A stretch of 28,695 bases of DNA from a virus (lineage: Duplodnaviria > Caudoviricetes), in IMG/VR virus record IMGVR_UViG_3300046010_004172, positions 1-28,695 of that record; one strand, given 5' to 3'. Below, piece after piece: positions 9,001 to 15,181 of this stretch. The position numbers and the translations under genes were made by a program. The number at the start of each line of letters is the position of its first letter. Position 1 is the first letter of the stretch. The notes under the pieces are model-generated. The model searched no databases. It had not been told where the DNA came from and saw nothing but the letters and a program-made list of their open reading frames with translations.

Positions 9001-10124
9001 CCAAGCGCCATGAGCGGATTGCCCGTAACGACGGCCGCCGGAATTGTCATCAGGTTCTGGGTGATCGACTGCATGCCGGAGTACACGCCCGCCGCCAGGT
9101 CACTGTCCGCTTTTGGGGTCAGCCTTTCGGCAATGCTTTTCTGGCCTTGACGCGCTTTACTGTAGGTCTGAGCCAGCTGCTGCACTGGATCCTGCACGCC
9201 AAAGGCGTTAAAGACGGGTCCCGTCAGATATTTGTTGGTGGCTTCGGCGCCGGCCTGCAAAGTACCAAGAACGCCTTCACTGCCCCGATAAACACCGGAC
9301 AGCGCTGCGGATCCAAGATTCTTGGCGGTCTGGCCAGGGTTATTGACCACGCTTTTCGGATCCATCACCTGGTTGTAGGCGAAATCCTCCACCGCATTTC
9401 CGGCATCGGTCAGAAGATTCTTGCCGCGCTGCAGGAGCGAAGGCGGTTCAACGGGCGCTTGGGTCGGTCTGGGGGTTGCTGTCTGCGGCTGGCCGCTATC
9501 CGGTTTGCCCGCGACTGCATCCGCCACCTGAGCACCCACTTCACCATCCGGCACAAAGCCCTGCAGATCCAGTGGGCCAGCCTCTGGCGATTCTGGTGCT
9601 ATATCGGCACTCCCAAACGCCATCATCAGCTTGCGCGCATTGCGACGACGGGATCCGGTGGCGGCAACGCCGGGTCGCTCATATCCGGCCATAAAGGCAT
9701 CGGACGCTTCTTGATAATTGGTGGCCTGCTTGAGCTGCTCCAGGGCCGGCCGTTCGGTGGTCAGCAGCTCCTGCTTCAGGAACTGATAGTTGGCCTCCTC
9801 TGAATTGATATCCAAGCCCTTGTCGCGGGCAAAGGCTTCAAATTGCTGGCGACGTGGCCCGGTCCATTGCGCCCATCCATAGCCGCCACGGGATCCTGCC
9901 ACCGTCGGCTGGATCTCCTGCATATTCTTGAACCAGCCGGTCTCGGTGGCCAGATTGCCCACCACGCCGGCCGCATGATGCGGCTGCAGCTTTAAGTCGG
10001 GGTCGGTCGACAGTCGCTGCATGACCGACAGGCCAAGCCCGATACCCTGCTGCTTATCAGGCGCGGGGGCGGCATCAGATTCGGGTAGGCGCAAGCCGCC
10101 GTCAACAATGTCAAATACTGGCAT
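1..10124 (-). CDS. Giant polyvalent internal virion/ejection protein (>3370 aa, 3'-truncated by the window edge)
   Basis: ATG at 10124, 3 nt after the stop of the 463-aa gene. Hand translation stays open to the window edge (MPVFDIVDGG...DTDIAGIIKEPTEAR), which explains its absence from the ORF track. Motifs: AAGVVGNLATETG/GYGWAQWTG/YERPG (tail lysozyme), GNGRIAGL (DdrB-ParB), ELQSDW, HESNH, WHGGP and YHGAP (ART-like), HNHPSTNPMPSNAD (JAB). Confidence 0.93.
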   Translation of the reverse strand, partial: MPVFDIVDGGLRLPESDAAPAPDKQQGIGLGLSVMQRLSTDPDLKLQPHHAAGVVGNLATETGWFKNMQEIQPTVAGSRGGYGWAQWTGPRRQQFEAFARDKGLDINSEEANYQFLKQELLTTERPALEQLKQATNYQEASDAFMAGYERPGVAATGSRRRNARKLMMAFGSADIAPESPEAGPLDLQGFVPDGEVGAQVADAVAGKPDSGQPQTATPRPTQAPVEPPSLLQRGKNLLTDAGNAVEDFAYNQVMDPKSVVNNPGQTAKNLGSAALSGVYRGSEGVLGTLQAGAEATNKYLTGPVFNAFGVQDPVQQLAQTYSKARQGQKSIAERLTPKADSDLAAGVYSGMQSITQNLMTIPAAVVTGNPLMALGPMGVMTGGQSYGEARDAGKSPERAALYGTTQGIIEVGTEAIPMSKLLGSIKANDALWKTFAKQLVPEMLGEQAATFLQDLDKWVELNPDKTAKEFIAERPSAAMQTAVATLVGTGGQVLLGKAADAAAKRWSSENKIESLYNKNPMFMEILKNETDPNLAGMERAKQARDIMAQRLAAAATMPADQPEDTTISSTGIPGATDAQDPISASAPPAGQAGQAGSAEEIQPTPDPAATTPGLGSLKEQGYTLNDLGDGRIAILDPQGQTHSTFTDAQDALDAFEVPPTQEIANERQNQETSTAGQEGLLNATNPTGSIGSNVAGATAGTDLAPGAEPGTGVGTGDAGVRLESGQPDRDGGGVAPASAAVDPVGQPALTPILQNRTRSNPASVQQMQSIAGNPDYLRLSPSRNFAEGAPVIAGGTVPESQLGRKETTVTAKGRRIPVQYAVVEAGSVLASNNADGTVNAQYGDQTLQAPRAIAGNGRIAGLQKAYRQGSAQQYRADLEQDDLHGISPEVIQGMQNPVLVRLMPDPEITADIGDESNISGGLSLSPVEQAKNDAERLDLAGLDFDEDGTLGRNTVLQFVRSMPESEQGGLLDADGTPNRQAHDRLNSAVFQKAYDNEELVRLHSQAVDPEAKLVMSTLSRLAPKVSRLKGQGAFDVRPWLADAAKAIINGKRRDLTMQQIAEQQDLDIDPRAYDIIRLFADNPRSNKAVIEDLSDFADFTYNEATRDTTDMFGETPRATREDLVKRLENYRERRGQQNLAKRSRGKSVSSNPQEAATQPAGPDNLAETAQAQSGLFGEPTSADRANTDREALAEAQREGQRRRNANNAPPADDGLFAQDNRQDQIRFSRAPTFYSQLARGFDTAKQDSMPGSQWRAWLFSNQAKLGIKADEIAWTGIEDFLKLKGKEKTSKADIAAFLADNGVQVNEVIKGEQKPESIARLKQVLEQEDNLGYDRSTDAARDLVNGRLDIKDIDVSDDVRSEIAELVDDYKQNRPTKFSQYTIPGGENYRELLITLPERANAKEGWSVEENDDGLFVIRQPDGDLYRSSTTGGVLTWASERGANGAMAGYAKAKDQTSYRSSHWDEPNVLAHLRFDERQDADGNKVLFITELQSDWQQDARRKGVGVQYRVEKSNGAVVQSFATEADANAYAEKNWSPDNNISVRIKQGVPQGPFIGADPKPVVSLGIKRAIRYAAENGFDKIAFASGQQNADLYDLRRQVAGITWENTDKDNVLLQAKGFDDNYLINETMPSTRVDDYIGKELGDKIRSSIDRGIYSGGFSGEGLKVGGEGMRTFYDKIVPSVANEVLKKLGGGRVGTANISVIPAETYKGDSAYRYAAESFLEGGSSLDEAISGMEKAYPAAKKDEIAAAAKYVYGFQSEQPAFTITPAMREKVMGGLPLFRQARRAGQQKVGAVLGREAVERAATRIGRRLGLSANVSIRTVDTEAELPADIRQQAAKDGATGTVIAVHRGDEIFLVADQHKSLAQVEESILHESNHYGANALFGKAKRQAYTRLYFKLGRADGIRDLAAKQGVNMDAYFTTADELRKDGKISDTQRFSYLVDEFLAHVQGKKAYASLPQKIKTAIQEFYGAIRNWMNQRGFVKLAQFNDADLAYLLRSIHRAAQGNTKPGKGQAMFMVAWHGGPHDFDKFSTSKIGTGEGAQAFGYGLYFSSDKEVGEWYRDKLAGQQSTLLIDGKEFSNTQSEYSDASDVDRIIMDAYTGIGKGFKSQALLVSELRSRAKGAFKNWKPIFKEAIAKAKSEAVQVNTDKGKLYQVELAPAEDEYLDWHKPLSEQSEKVRRVIKKVRQFVEANEPSSGISIKPVRDDVLIGEGLYGSLSVVQGSDQAASEYLHSLGIRGIRYPAEGQTGGKTGDKMNYVIFSDDDVEITAKFSRGEPTEQQLQKEYEDTKARYESTPQWMKAPNGKSSKLTEQQWVMVRTPRFKAWFGDFEADKNQAMSPVVLAEDYFRGSVDDARAWAVKNLANSDGWLNKATGDKLIVSKRVMTHKATSGTAITKSDDARIHLAALHEMPAIIRVSVPVASEPDSGDDTNILGVHKFIAPLQYGDDLFAVKLTIKDHDDLPRGKHRKFYVHEIVDMEVMPVAAKYAGRSRSNPIVQSTGTGPALALPHKTSVGELIDAINAKEEGAIPAVSMVTDENGEPRVVHHGAPDLRFMADDATFKTLYERYGFGYREGAYWFASSKKTANSYADDRRAFDYQNAEPGVLDAFLNLRNPLEIDAGGKTWRDAQNLGKTSNVIEQARAGGHDGAIIRNVKDDYNNGRGTPTTTTYTVFTSNQIKSVDNRGTFGTDTGNILQEPLQDDLFRQQLDLFLDADPAGQSGPKTQAAKRAAAAAVESLRGSDRGVLGRRLADTYAARQRVSLVGHTVNSREDVATLAQVYRDPRFETFRLFFLDQQGKIVSQVGLSSRLPSSSAVIVGSDIDKYLTDLAKAASKAGAVSYYMLHNHPSTNPMPSNADVNLTKKFEQDLNLISNGHVIIDTNRYGYIYPDGNVAVYEKDFGQVSPYKANEYSSHTINNPATLMDVAKKIEVDNDAVTLIAVAASQKVLGVTTIPSSVIKDSSQSRRTLRIRKALKALNGAKAFAVGTDRTALMKMTGLVMDSIHINEDGDYSSLAEQIGAYGMSDPFVVRGRNVPRVTADTSPEFDYLREQTLLARGGGMGNGMMVAEPDAPFSSRKNVLGQTPLVNWTAPDEAKLDDWIYKLADKQIDTKRVVEKLNASDAWNPYQKETLYHGKAEYETNNFKVNEVKPLLDAMSTRGISIGDLETYLWNRHAPEANDYYARVNPDQFPDGGSGIKTQDALDYLANLPAGVRTDLEAIANQVDAILRETRALLVREGLETQETIDAWEAAYQHYIPLQRESAEISERGMGTGQGFSVKGPASKRRTGSGKAAADILAQVMMQRERVITRAEKNRVALSLYGLAIQNPNPGFWYAVNPDAITQPAKVAQELIDQGMLDTDIAGIIKEPTEAR
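1814..2014 (-). CDS. Possible overprinted small ORF (66 aa) in the +1 frame of the giant gene
   Basis: AGGAG at 2029-2025, 10-nt spacer, ATG at 2014 (MTSSDNNSTSSLMLIRLDSQG...WSDTP). Lies in the ART2-JAB linker. The SD could be a by-product of in-frame CAG-GAG codons. Confidence 0.3.
   Translation of the reverse strand: MTSSDNNSTSSLMLIRLDSQGRRLRQRSELQPPPLSLCGGPIGEYWVADLPTPTPPDSASAWSDTP
6548..6733 (-). CDS. Putative overprinted small ORF (61 aa) in the +1 frame of the giant gene
   Basis: GGAG at 6744-6741, 7-nt spacer, GTG at 6733: MKEEANKIWQSEAGGSLFQAILKKQPLSLQDRITLRKLRKLNQDSSENPPPPTAPTPTAKP. Lies in the low-complexity linker after the ParB region. Confidence 0.5.
   Translation of the reverse strand: MKEEANKIWQSEAGGSLFQAILKKQPLSLQDRITLRKLRKLNQDSSENPPPPTAPTPTAKP
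7877..8080 (-). CDS. Overprinted coiled-coil small protein (67 aa) in the +1 frame of the giant gene
   Basis: ATG directly follows the TAA of the 16-aa ORF. Codons in this frame are mostly G/C-ending (CAG CAG GAA CTG ATC TCG CTC CGG GAG CAG AAC), while the giant frame switches to A/T-ending codons (GCA GGA ACT GAT...GGA GCA GAA CCA GGA ACT GGA). Heptad-like LEAMLQALQQELISLREQNQELEWAL. Confidence 0.7.
   Translation of the reverse strand: MPLIPREALEAMLQALQQELISLREQNQELEWALEMQEYDLRADSLIEMAEALPPHQRPSILSASLH
8081..8131 (-). CDS. Overprinted 16-aa basic peptide MKGKTKKPVRPGKKGC
   Basis: AGGAG at 8143-8139, 7-nt spacer, ATG at 8131. Its TAA abuts the ATG of the 67-aa ORF (TAAATG). Confidence 0.55.
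   Translation of the reverse strand: MKGKTKKPVRPGKKGC
8282..8395 (-). CDS. Putative overprinted 37-aa basic peptide MPKIPLAQVRRLQDKQDKQEAPKKSNPRPTLPPRRRG
   Basis: AGGAG at 8406-8402, 6-nt spacer, ATG at 8395, TAG at 8284-8282. Same +1 frame, in a Pro/Ala/Gly linker of the giant ORF. Confidence 0.5.
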   Translation of the reverse strand: MPKIPLAQVRRLQDKQDKQEAPKKSNPRPTLPPRRRG

Positions 10125-10127
10125 GAG

Positions 10128-11519
10128 TTAGTTCACCGGGACGGTTGGATAGAACTTATTGCCCACGGCATAGCCTTGCAGCGTCTTGCCTTGGTATTGC
10201 ATGGCTCCGAATTTCCCCTGGCTCGCCGCGTAAGAGGCATCCTGCAGGGGGATATCCTTATTGCTGAACATGATGCTTTGCACGGCATCAATATGATTGT
10301 TTCGTCGCGTCTGAAGGGCGGGGGAAATGAGCGGCTTGCCCATGCTATCTGTCTCGGTAGTCGGGTAGGCTACCTCCGCTAATTGCTGGGCTGTTTTGAC
10401 GTCGAACTTGTTGGCTTTTCCAGTTTTGCTGGTTCTACCAACACTACCCAGCCCCTTCGCATCTGCGTCGGCGTAGTTCTTTTCCTGCAACGATTGCTCG
10501 GTATTGAGCTTCTCCCGGCGCAATTCGGTCAGGGCGCGCTCGGCCTCTTCCTTGGCCTTGCCCTGGCTTTTCTTGCTGAGATATTCGAGACGCTTGATCT
10601 CGTCACCCACCTGACGCGAGCGGATCTGGTCCTGCTCATTGGCCGAGATCGGCTTATCCGGTCCAAACGCCTTGGCGCGCAGATAGCCTTCCAGTGCCTC
10701 CCGATTTTTGGGGGTCTGCACATAGCGAGAGAGCGTGCCGACCGCATCCAGTGGGCGCGCAATGTCGCTCTGCTGCATGATCGTCACCGGGTCCATCGGG
10801 TCGTTGCTGCCGTTGGCGGTATAGGGCGCGGTATAGGCGGCATACTGGCCATCGGCGTCCACGCCTTCTACGGTCAGGAGTGGCACATAGCCTTGCGGGG
10901 TTTGCTGAAAGCCGGCTAATTGCTTGCCGGTCACCCGGAATTCCTTACCGCTCATCTCATCCTTGCCGACACCGCCCAGGTTACGGGCGAGCTTTTGCTG
11001 ATAGGCCGGGGCCAAGACTTTCAACGCTTGCGGATCGTTGGGGTTAAGCTGGCCGGACTTGAGTCGCTCGGAAATCTCCTTGGCTTGGGCCGTGTAGTTC
11101 GCATCCCCCAGCAGGCCGACATCCAGACCAAAGCCCTGCAGCGCTTCCAGGTCACTGGGATCCGCTCCCTGCGTCTCCATCTTCTTCAGCCGAAGCTGAA
11201 TGTCAGGAAACTGGGCTTGTAGCTGACTGCGGCGCTGCTCTTCTTTAGCGGCATCCAGCTTGATCTGGTCGGTCTGCGATTCCAGATCAAACGCCCGCTC
11301 CTTCATGCCCACTTCCTTGGACTTGATGGTGTTATCGAACTCCTGGTTCTTGGCCTGCGCCTCGTACCAGCGGTTCTGGGCTTCCTGCCCGGCCCGCAGA
11401 CGCTCCGCCTCGGCCCGCCGCAAGTCGCGGTCGACGTAGGAGTCATAAAGTTTGTTGACGGACTGCAGCCCCGAGGTCAAACCCTCGGTAAAGCCGCGCA
11501 TTGCAAAGCCGTTGGCCAT
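10128..11519 (-). CDS. Internal virion / DNA ejection protein (463 aa)
   Basis: GGAG SD upstream. N-terminal GFAMRGFTEGLTSG Gly-rich amphipathic segment followed by coiled coils. Sits directly upstream of the giant ejection protein, as in podovirus ejection modules (inference from position). Confidence 0.75.
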   Translation of the reverse strand: MANGFAMRGFTEGLTSGLQSVNKLYDSYVDRDLRRAEAERLRAGQEAQNRWYEAQAKNQEFDNTIKSKEVGMKERAFDLESQTDQIKLDAAKEEQRRSQLQAQFPDIQLRLKKMETQGADPSDLEALQGFGLDVGLLGDANYTAQAKEISERLKSGQLNPNDPQALKVLAPAYQQKLARNLGGVGKDEMSGKEFRVTGKQLAGFQQTPQGYVPLLTVEGVDADGQYAAYTAPYTANGSNDPMDPVTIMQQSDIARPLDAVGTLSRYVQTPKNREALEGYLRAKAFGPDKPISANEQDQIRSRQVGDEIKRLEYLSKKSQGKAKEEAERALTELRREKLNTEQSLQEKNYADADAKGLGSVGRTSKTGKANKFDVKTAQQLAEVAYPTTETDSMGKPLISPALQTRRNNHIDAVQSIMFSNKDIPLQDASYAASQGKFGAMQYQGKTLQGYAVGNKFYPTVPVN

Positions 11520-11589
11520 AGTGAAATCTCCAGCAATGCCAGTGTTTTACCGCATCGCTTCAGGCGTTTGGGAACTACGATTTACCAAC

Positions 11590-11611
11590 AAAAAGCCCGC
11601 GCGAGGCGGGC
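11590..11611 (-). terminator. Rho-independent terminator
   Basis: Minus strand GCCCGC-CTCGC-GCGGGC followed by TTTTT, just after the 219-aa gene stop. Confidence 0.75.
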
Positions 11612-11618
11612 CTTGTGG

Positions 11619-12278
11619 TTAGGTGAGAAGGTCGTAAAGCGGTCGCTGGTCGTCGGGTGGCTTACTGGCCAGTCCCTGCTGGACGCGGGCGATATCGTCG
11701 GGGAATTGCTGCTGCATCTGGTGGATCTGTGCCAGGCCCTGAATGGCCTGCTGCACTTCTTGCTGAGTCAGCTCGCGGGGCTTGCCACCCTGCTGCTCCG
11801 GCACACGGCCCTCGGTCAGCATGGCCTCGTAGGGTTCGCGGGACGGTTGACCCTCCTCGGTGACGGGCTGCACCAACAGCTTGACTTGCATGGTGTCGCG
11901 CCCGGTCGGGATCAGATCGGCAATCTGCACATCACCCACCCTTTCCTGCTCGTTCAGGGGGGATCCAATCGACTGGCCAATGATCGGCTTCAGCGCCAAA
12001 GACAGCGCCTGCAACGTCTCCGGGTTACGAAACGCCGCTTCGCCCTGGCTCTGGAACGCCTGCCCGGCTTTCTGCAACTGCTGCAGCGCGGGGCCGACAT
12101 TGGGATTGGCCACCAGGCTCATCGCCGTTTCGGCGGTCTTGTCGGCGTCTTCATCCATCCTGTCATCGCCGGCATACGCTGCCAGCATAGGGGGCTGCTC
12201 GGGTCGCTGCGGGTCCTGCCGGGGCGGTGCCGGCGGCATGGCCTGCTGCGGGGTTACGGACGCGAGTCCTGGGTTCAT
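11619..12278 (-). CDS. Putative internal virion protein (219 aa), partly paralogous to the 463-aa protein
   Basis: GGAGG SD and ATGA overlap with the upstream gene. Gln/Pro-rich. Central region aligns by eye with residues ~150-265 of the 463-aa protein. Confidence 0.75.
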   Translation of the reverse strand: MNPGLASVTPQQAMPPAPPRQDPQRPEQPPMLAAYAGDDRMDEDADKTAETAMSLVANPNVGPALQQLQKAGQAFQSQGEAAFRNPETLQALSLALKPIIGQSIGSPLNEQERVGDVQIADLIPTGRDTMQVKLLVQPVTEEGQPSREPYEAMLTEGRVPEQQGGKPRELTQQEVQQAIQGLAQIHQMQQQFPDDIARVQQGLASKPPDDQRPLYDLLT

Positions 12279-12826
12279 GGGGTGCCTCCGATAAATGCGC
12301 CCCAGCCATTCATGACGCCATTGAGGGCCTGCTTGAACCCATCAGAGGTCTGGCTATAGCTGGATGACAAGAGGTTGCGGGTTGGGGTTTTGGCAAAGAC
12401 CATGGGGCGGTCTTTCAGGATGTCAGGCATCGCGTTTTGCTCATAGCTGTCCTTGATGCTCGCTGCGCCCAATCCATTCCCGGCATAGTTGTCCATCTTC
12501 TGCTCTAGCGTGCTGTCGTCCTTCTCGGCGATCACCGAGTTCTCGCCCAGCACCTGGTTGGCCGAGACGGATGCCTTGGCTGCTTTGCCAATGGCCTGCT
12601 CACCGCCGGGCGGATTGTCCATCGGCGGGTCCTTGGTGTACTCCTTGTACCCGGCCAATCCAGCGCCCGCGGCCGTGCCGATCAGCGTACCGATGGCTTC
12701 ATTCTTGGCTTCCGACTCCTTGGCGCTGGTTTCGTACTGGTCCCAGATCCGGCGATTTTCGACATCACCCAAGCGGTCCAGATTGCGCAGGCCCATCATG
12801 CCGTAATTGAATCCTACGTTGTTCAT
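12275..12826 (-). CDS. Putative internal virion protein (183 aa)
   Basis: ATGA-coupled to both neighbours. Gly/Ala hydrophobic stretch AIGTLIGTAAGAGLAG is typical of ejection proteins. Confidence 0.7.
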   Translation of the reverse strand: MNNVGFNYGMMGLRNLDRLGDVENRRIWDQYETSAKESEAKNEAIGTLIGTAAGAGLAGYKEYTKDPPMDNPPGGEQAIGKAAKASVSANQVLGENSVIAEKDDSTLEQKMDNYAGNGLGAASIKDSYEQNAMPDILKDRPMVFAKTPTRNLLSSSYSQTSDGFKQALNGVMNGWGAFIGGTP

Positions 12827-13272
12827 ACGCCGGCAAACCTCATGTCACGTTGCGCGCTGGCCAAACCAAAGCGCGCCTGGTTCTTGATGCCCACCTGGCT
12901 GGATGCGCTGGTCAGGGCTTGCTGCTGCGCCATCGCGGCTTCCGCCTCGGGGGTCATCTGGACGCCCATGCGCCCCAGCGTGCGGGACTGAATGCCAGGG
13001 GCTAGATTGGGGCCGGACAGCGCCTTATCGACCTGCCCCAGGCCCTTCACCATCAAACCGCCTCGGGCAAAGTCGGCCTGCTGATTGGCAAAGCCGCGCT
13101 GCTGTTGCAACGCATTGTTGAAGAGTTTCTCGGACATCATGTAACGCGAAAAGGCCGCGTTAGCAGCCGGCGTGTTCTCGGCGATCATCTGCTGACCGAT
13201 GTCGTAATTGCCCTGCTGCAATGGACCCAGTCCTTTAGGGGGTGCAGCCCCACCACTTCCGCCCATGCCCAT
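12823..13272 (-). CDS. Putative internal virion protein (149 aa)
   Basis: AGGAG SD. Gly/Gln/Met/Ala-rich helical protein in the ejection cluster. Confidence 0.7.
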   Translation of the reverse strand: MGMGGSGGAAPPKGLGPLQQGNYDIGQQMIAENTPAANAAFSRYMMSEKLFNNALQQQRGFANQQADFARGGLMVKGLGQVDKALSGPNLAPGIQSRTLGRMGVQMTPEAEAAMAQQQALTSASSQVGIKNQARFGLASAQRDMRFAGV

Positions 13273-13281
13273 GTTCGTCTC

Positions 13282-14076
13282 CTATTTCTTGCCGGCGCTA
13301 TACATGCCCATGCCCAGGCTCATCATCGAGCCACCCAATTGACCCATAGCCTGATTGGCCGCGATGTTGTTCTGGACCTGGGCGTTGATGCGTGCTGCCT
13401 GATTGCTGGCTGCGTTCTGGCCGCCGCCGGTCACCAGGTTCAGGCCTGTGCCCAGTCGCTCCTGATAATCCCCAAAGCGCGACAAGGCCTGATCACGGAA
13501 ACCGCCGACCCGCTGCGTTTGCTGGTCCAGTGCCTGACCCATTTGGCCCCGACGTTGCCCATACTCGTTGAGATAAGCCATCCGGCCTTGAGCATTGGCG
13601 CCCCGCATGGCCACATCCAGCCCATTGGCGGTGGTGCCCATCGCGGCCAGTGCCTGTCCGGATCCCGGTCCACCCGAGCGATTCGCCATCGTCGTCATGC
13701 CCTGCTGGAGATTGGGCATCTGCTGCCACATTTGATTGACGCTGCGATCCGCGGCCCCTTGGTAATTGCTATCGGCATCCAAGCCGCGCAGCTCCTGCCC
13801 CAATTCATTGGTGCGCTGGTTGGCCTGCTTGAGGTAGCCCAGGTCGTCCTTGAGTCGCCGATTCATCATCGGGTCAAGTTGCTGCTGCCAGAAGCGCCCC
13901 TGCTCGTAAGCCTGGCGATTGACCGATGCCGCTTTGAGTTCTTCGGGGGTGGGTCCCCAGTTATCGACTGGGCCACTGAATGCGCCCGCTGCACCGGCGG
14001 CAGATACTCCAAGGCCTACAGTCCCAATACCAACGGCGGCAATGGTCGCCGCTGACACGCCTGCAAATACCATCAC
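13282..14076 (-). CDS. Putative DNA ejection/pilot-type internal virion protein (264 aa)
   Basis: GTGA overlap with the upstream gene. Hydrophobic Gly/Ala N-terminus, Gln/Asn-rich helical body and Gly/Met-rich C-terminus. Confidence 0.75.
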   Translation of the reverse strand: MMVFAGVSAATIAAVGIGTVGLGVSAAGAAGAFSGPVDNWGPTPEELKAASVNRQAYEQGRFWQQQLDPMMNRRLKDDLGYLKQANQRTNELGQELRGLDADSNYQGAADRSVNQMWQQMPNLQQGMTTMANRSGGPGSGQALAAMGTTANGLDVAMRGANAQGRMAYLNEYGQRRGQMGQALDQQTQRVGGFRDQALSRFGDYQERLGTGLNLVTGGGQNAASNQAARINAQVQNNIAANQAMGQLGGSMMSLGMGMYSAGKK

Positions 14077-14546
14077 ACTGCTCCCGGCGCCGGCAGCGCC
14101 TTGATAAATTCGTCGTATTCTTCAAACGTCTTGCAGCAGAAGGTCGACTCCGGATCTTCCGGTATGCCGTCTTCATGCGCATAGGCGCAAAACCATTCCA
14201 CGTCGGTCAATGCAATCAGGGCGCGCTGGGTGCCGGGTTGCGTCACCCAGACATTCGGCGCTTCCACCTCGGTCTTGTTGCCATCCTGATCGACCACCAG
14301 GCATCGACCACTGAGCGCCACGGTGAAATGCTCCTGCTTGTGGACGAGGGTCACGATGCAGGATCCAGCCGGCGCAAAAGCCCGCCGACCAAACAGCCCT
14401 TTAGCCTGGTAATGCCAGACCGGTGGCTCGAAGGTGGTGTCCAGTTCCGACAAAGCCTGCGCCAGCTTGGCGAAGTTCTGCCGGTTATCGACGGCGATAT
14501 CCCCCTCTCGGACCTGAATCAGCTCAAGCACGCAGCACCCGCTCAT
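14073..14546 (-). CDS. Cupin-like phage protein
   Basis: HYQAKGLFGRRAFAPAG...HKQEH...EAPNVWVTQPGTQR matches a common phage cupin-like pattern. Start uncertain (ATG 14546 or GTG 14531); the track start at 14627 overlaps the upstream gene too far. Confidence 0.7.
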   Translation of the reverse strand: MSGCCVLELIQVREGDIAVDNRQNFAKLAQALSELDTTFEPPVWHYQAKGLFGRRAFAPAGSCIVTLVHKQEHFTVALSGRCLVVDQDGNKTEVEAPNVWVTQPGTQRALIALTDVEWFCAYAHEDGIPEDPESTFCCKTFEEYDEFIKALPAPGAV

Positions 14547-14916
14547 AGACGTTCGCCACCGATTGCCAGCCAGACGACTTTTGGAATCCCGGTCGATTGC
14601 TCCACATGACGATGCGGTCGAAGCCATGCTCGATGGCGATCTCGTCCACCTGGTCCTGGAAGGTTTCGATGTTGTCCTGGCCTCGCGCGTAGGCCACCCA
14701 TAGGAACATCTCCGGTCGGCCGTTAAAGGCGTTGATCTGGGACTGCACGACGATGAAACCGGGGTCGCCGGTGTAGAGGTAGGCCTTGCCCGTCACGCAC
14801 GCGCTGTACACGTCCTCGGGCCGCCAGGGCGCGTCGATCTTGCGCCGGGTGTGGTCGAGGCCAGGCCGAATCTCGTCCCAGCACTCCCGTATGTCTTGGA
14901 GGATTAGTTGGCTCAT
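14524..14916 (-). CDS. Phage protein with GNAT-like pattern (~130 aa)
   Basis: Likely start MSQLILQDIRECW at 14916. MFLWVAYARG...IAIEHGFDRIVMWSNRPGF resembles the small GNAT-fold proteins found between tail and ejection genes in podoviruses. Confidence 0.7.
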   Translation of the reverse strand: MSQLILQDIRECWDEIRPGLDHTRRKIDAPWRPEDVYSACVTGKAYLYTGDPGFIVVQSQINAFNGRPEMFLWVAYARGQDNIETFQDQVDEIAIEHGFDRIVMWSNRPGFQKSSGWQSVANVYERVLRA

Positions 14917-14963
14917 GCGCCCATCATCCACGCTGGACAAGGCGCGTCCACAACTACGTTTTG

Positions 14964-15134
14964 CTACTCGGGTTTGGGGTACTTAGCCTTGATCCGGTCG
15001 ATCTCATCCACCATGACCTGCGCGTCCTTGGGGAGCTTCAGGGTACGGAGGATTTTCCAGATTTCGTCGAGCTGATCCTCCAGACGCTGTGGCGCCAGAA
15101 TGCGGACCACGCCGCTGAATCCAGGGACTGTGAT
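14964..15134 (-). pseudogene. Chimeric remnant: nozzle-like N-terminus fused to a tail-fibre-chaperone-like C-terminus
   Basis: Reads ITVPGFSGVVRILAPQRLEDQLDEIWKILRTLKLPKDAQVMVDEIDRIKAKYPKPE*. The first 20 aa match the 811-aa nozzle start (ITVPGFSGLNLISAPQRLED). There is no in-frame start between the upstream TGA and ITV. Confidence 0.7.
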
Positions 15135-15181
15135 TGACGCCGCAGAATTGGCATAGCCGCGACCTGTTCAGGCGGGATGAC

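Noticed and set aside
9410-9520. Arg-rich +1-frame ORF MQSRANRIAASRRQQ... after AGGT, superficially like an N-type antiterminator peptide
   Set aside because: Weak SD with a 5-nt spacer, and Arg/Pro/Ser richness is the default for the +1 frame of a GC-rich gene.
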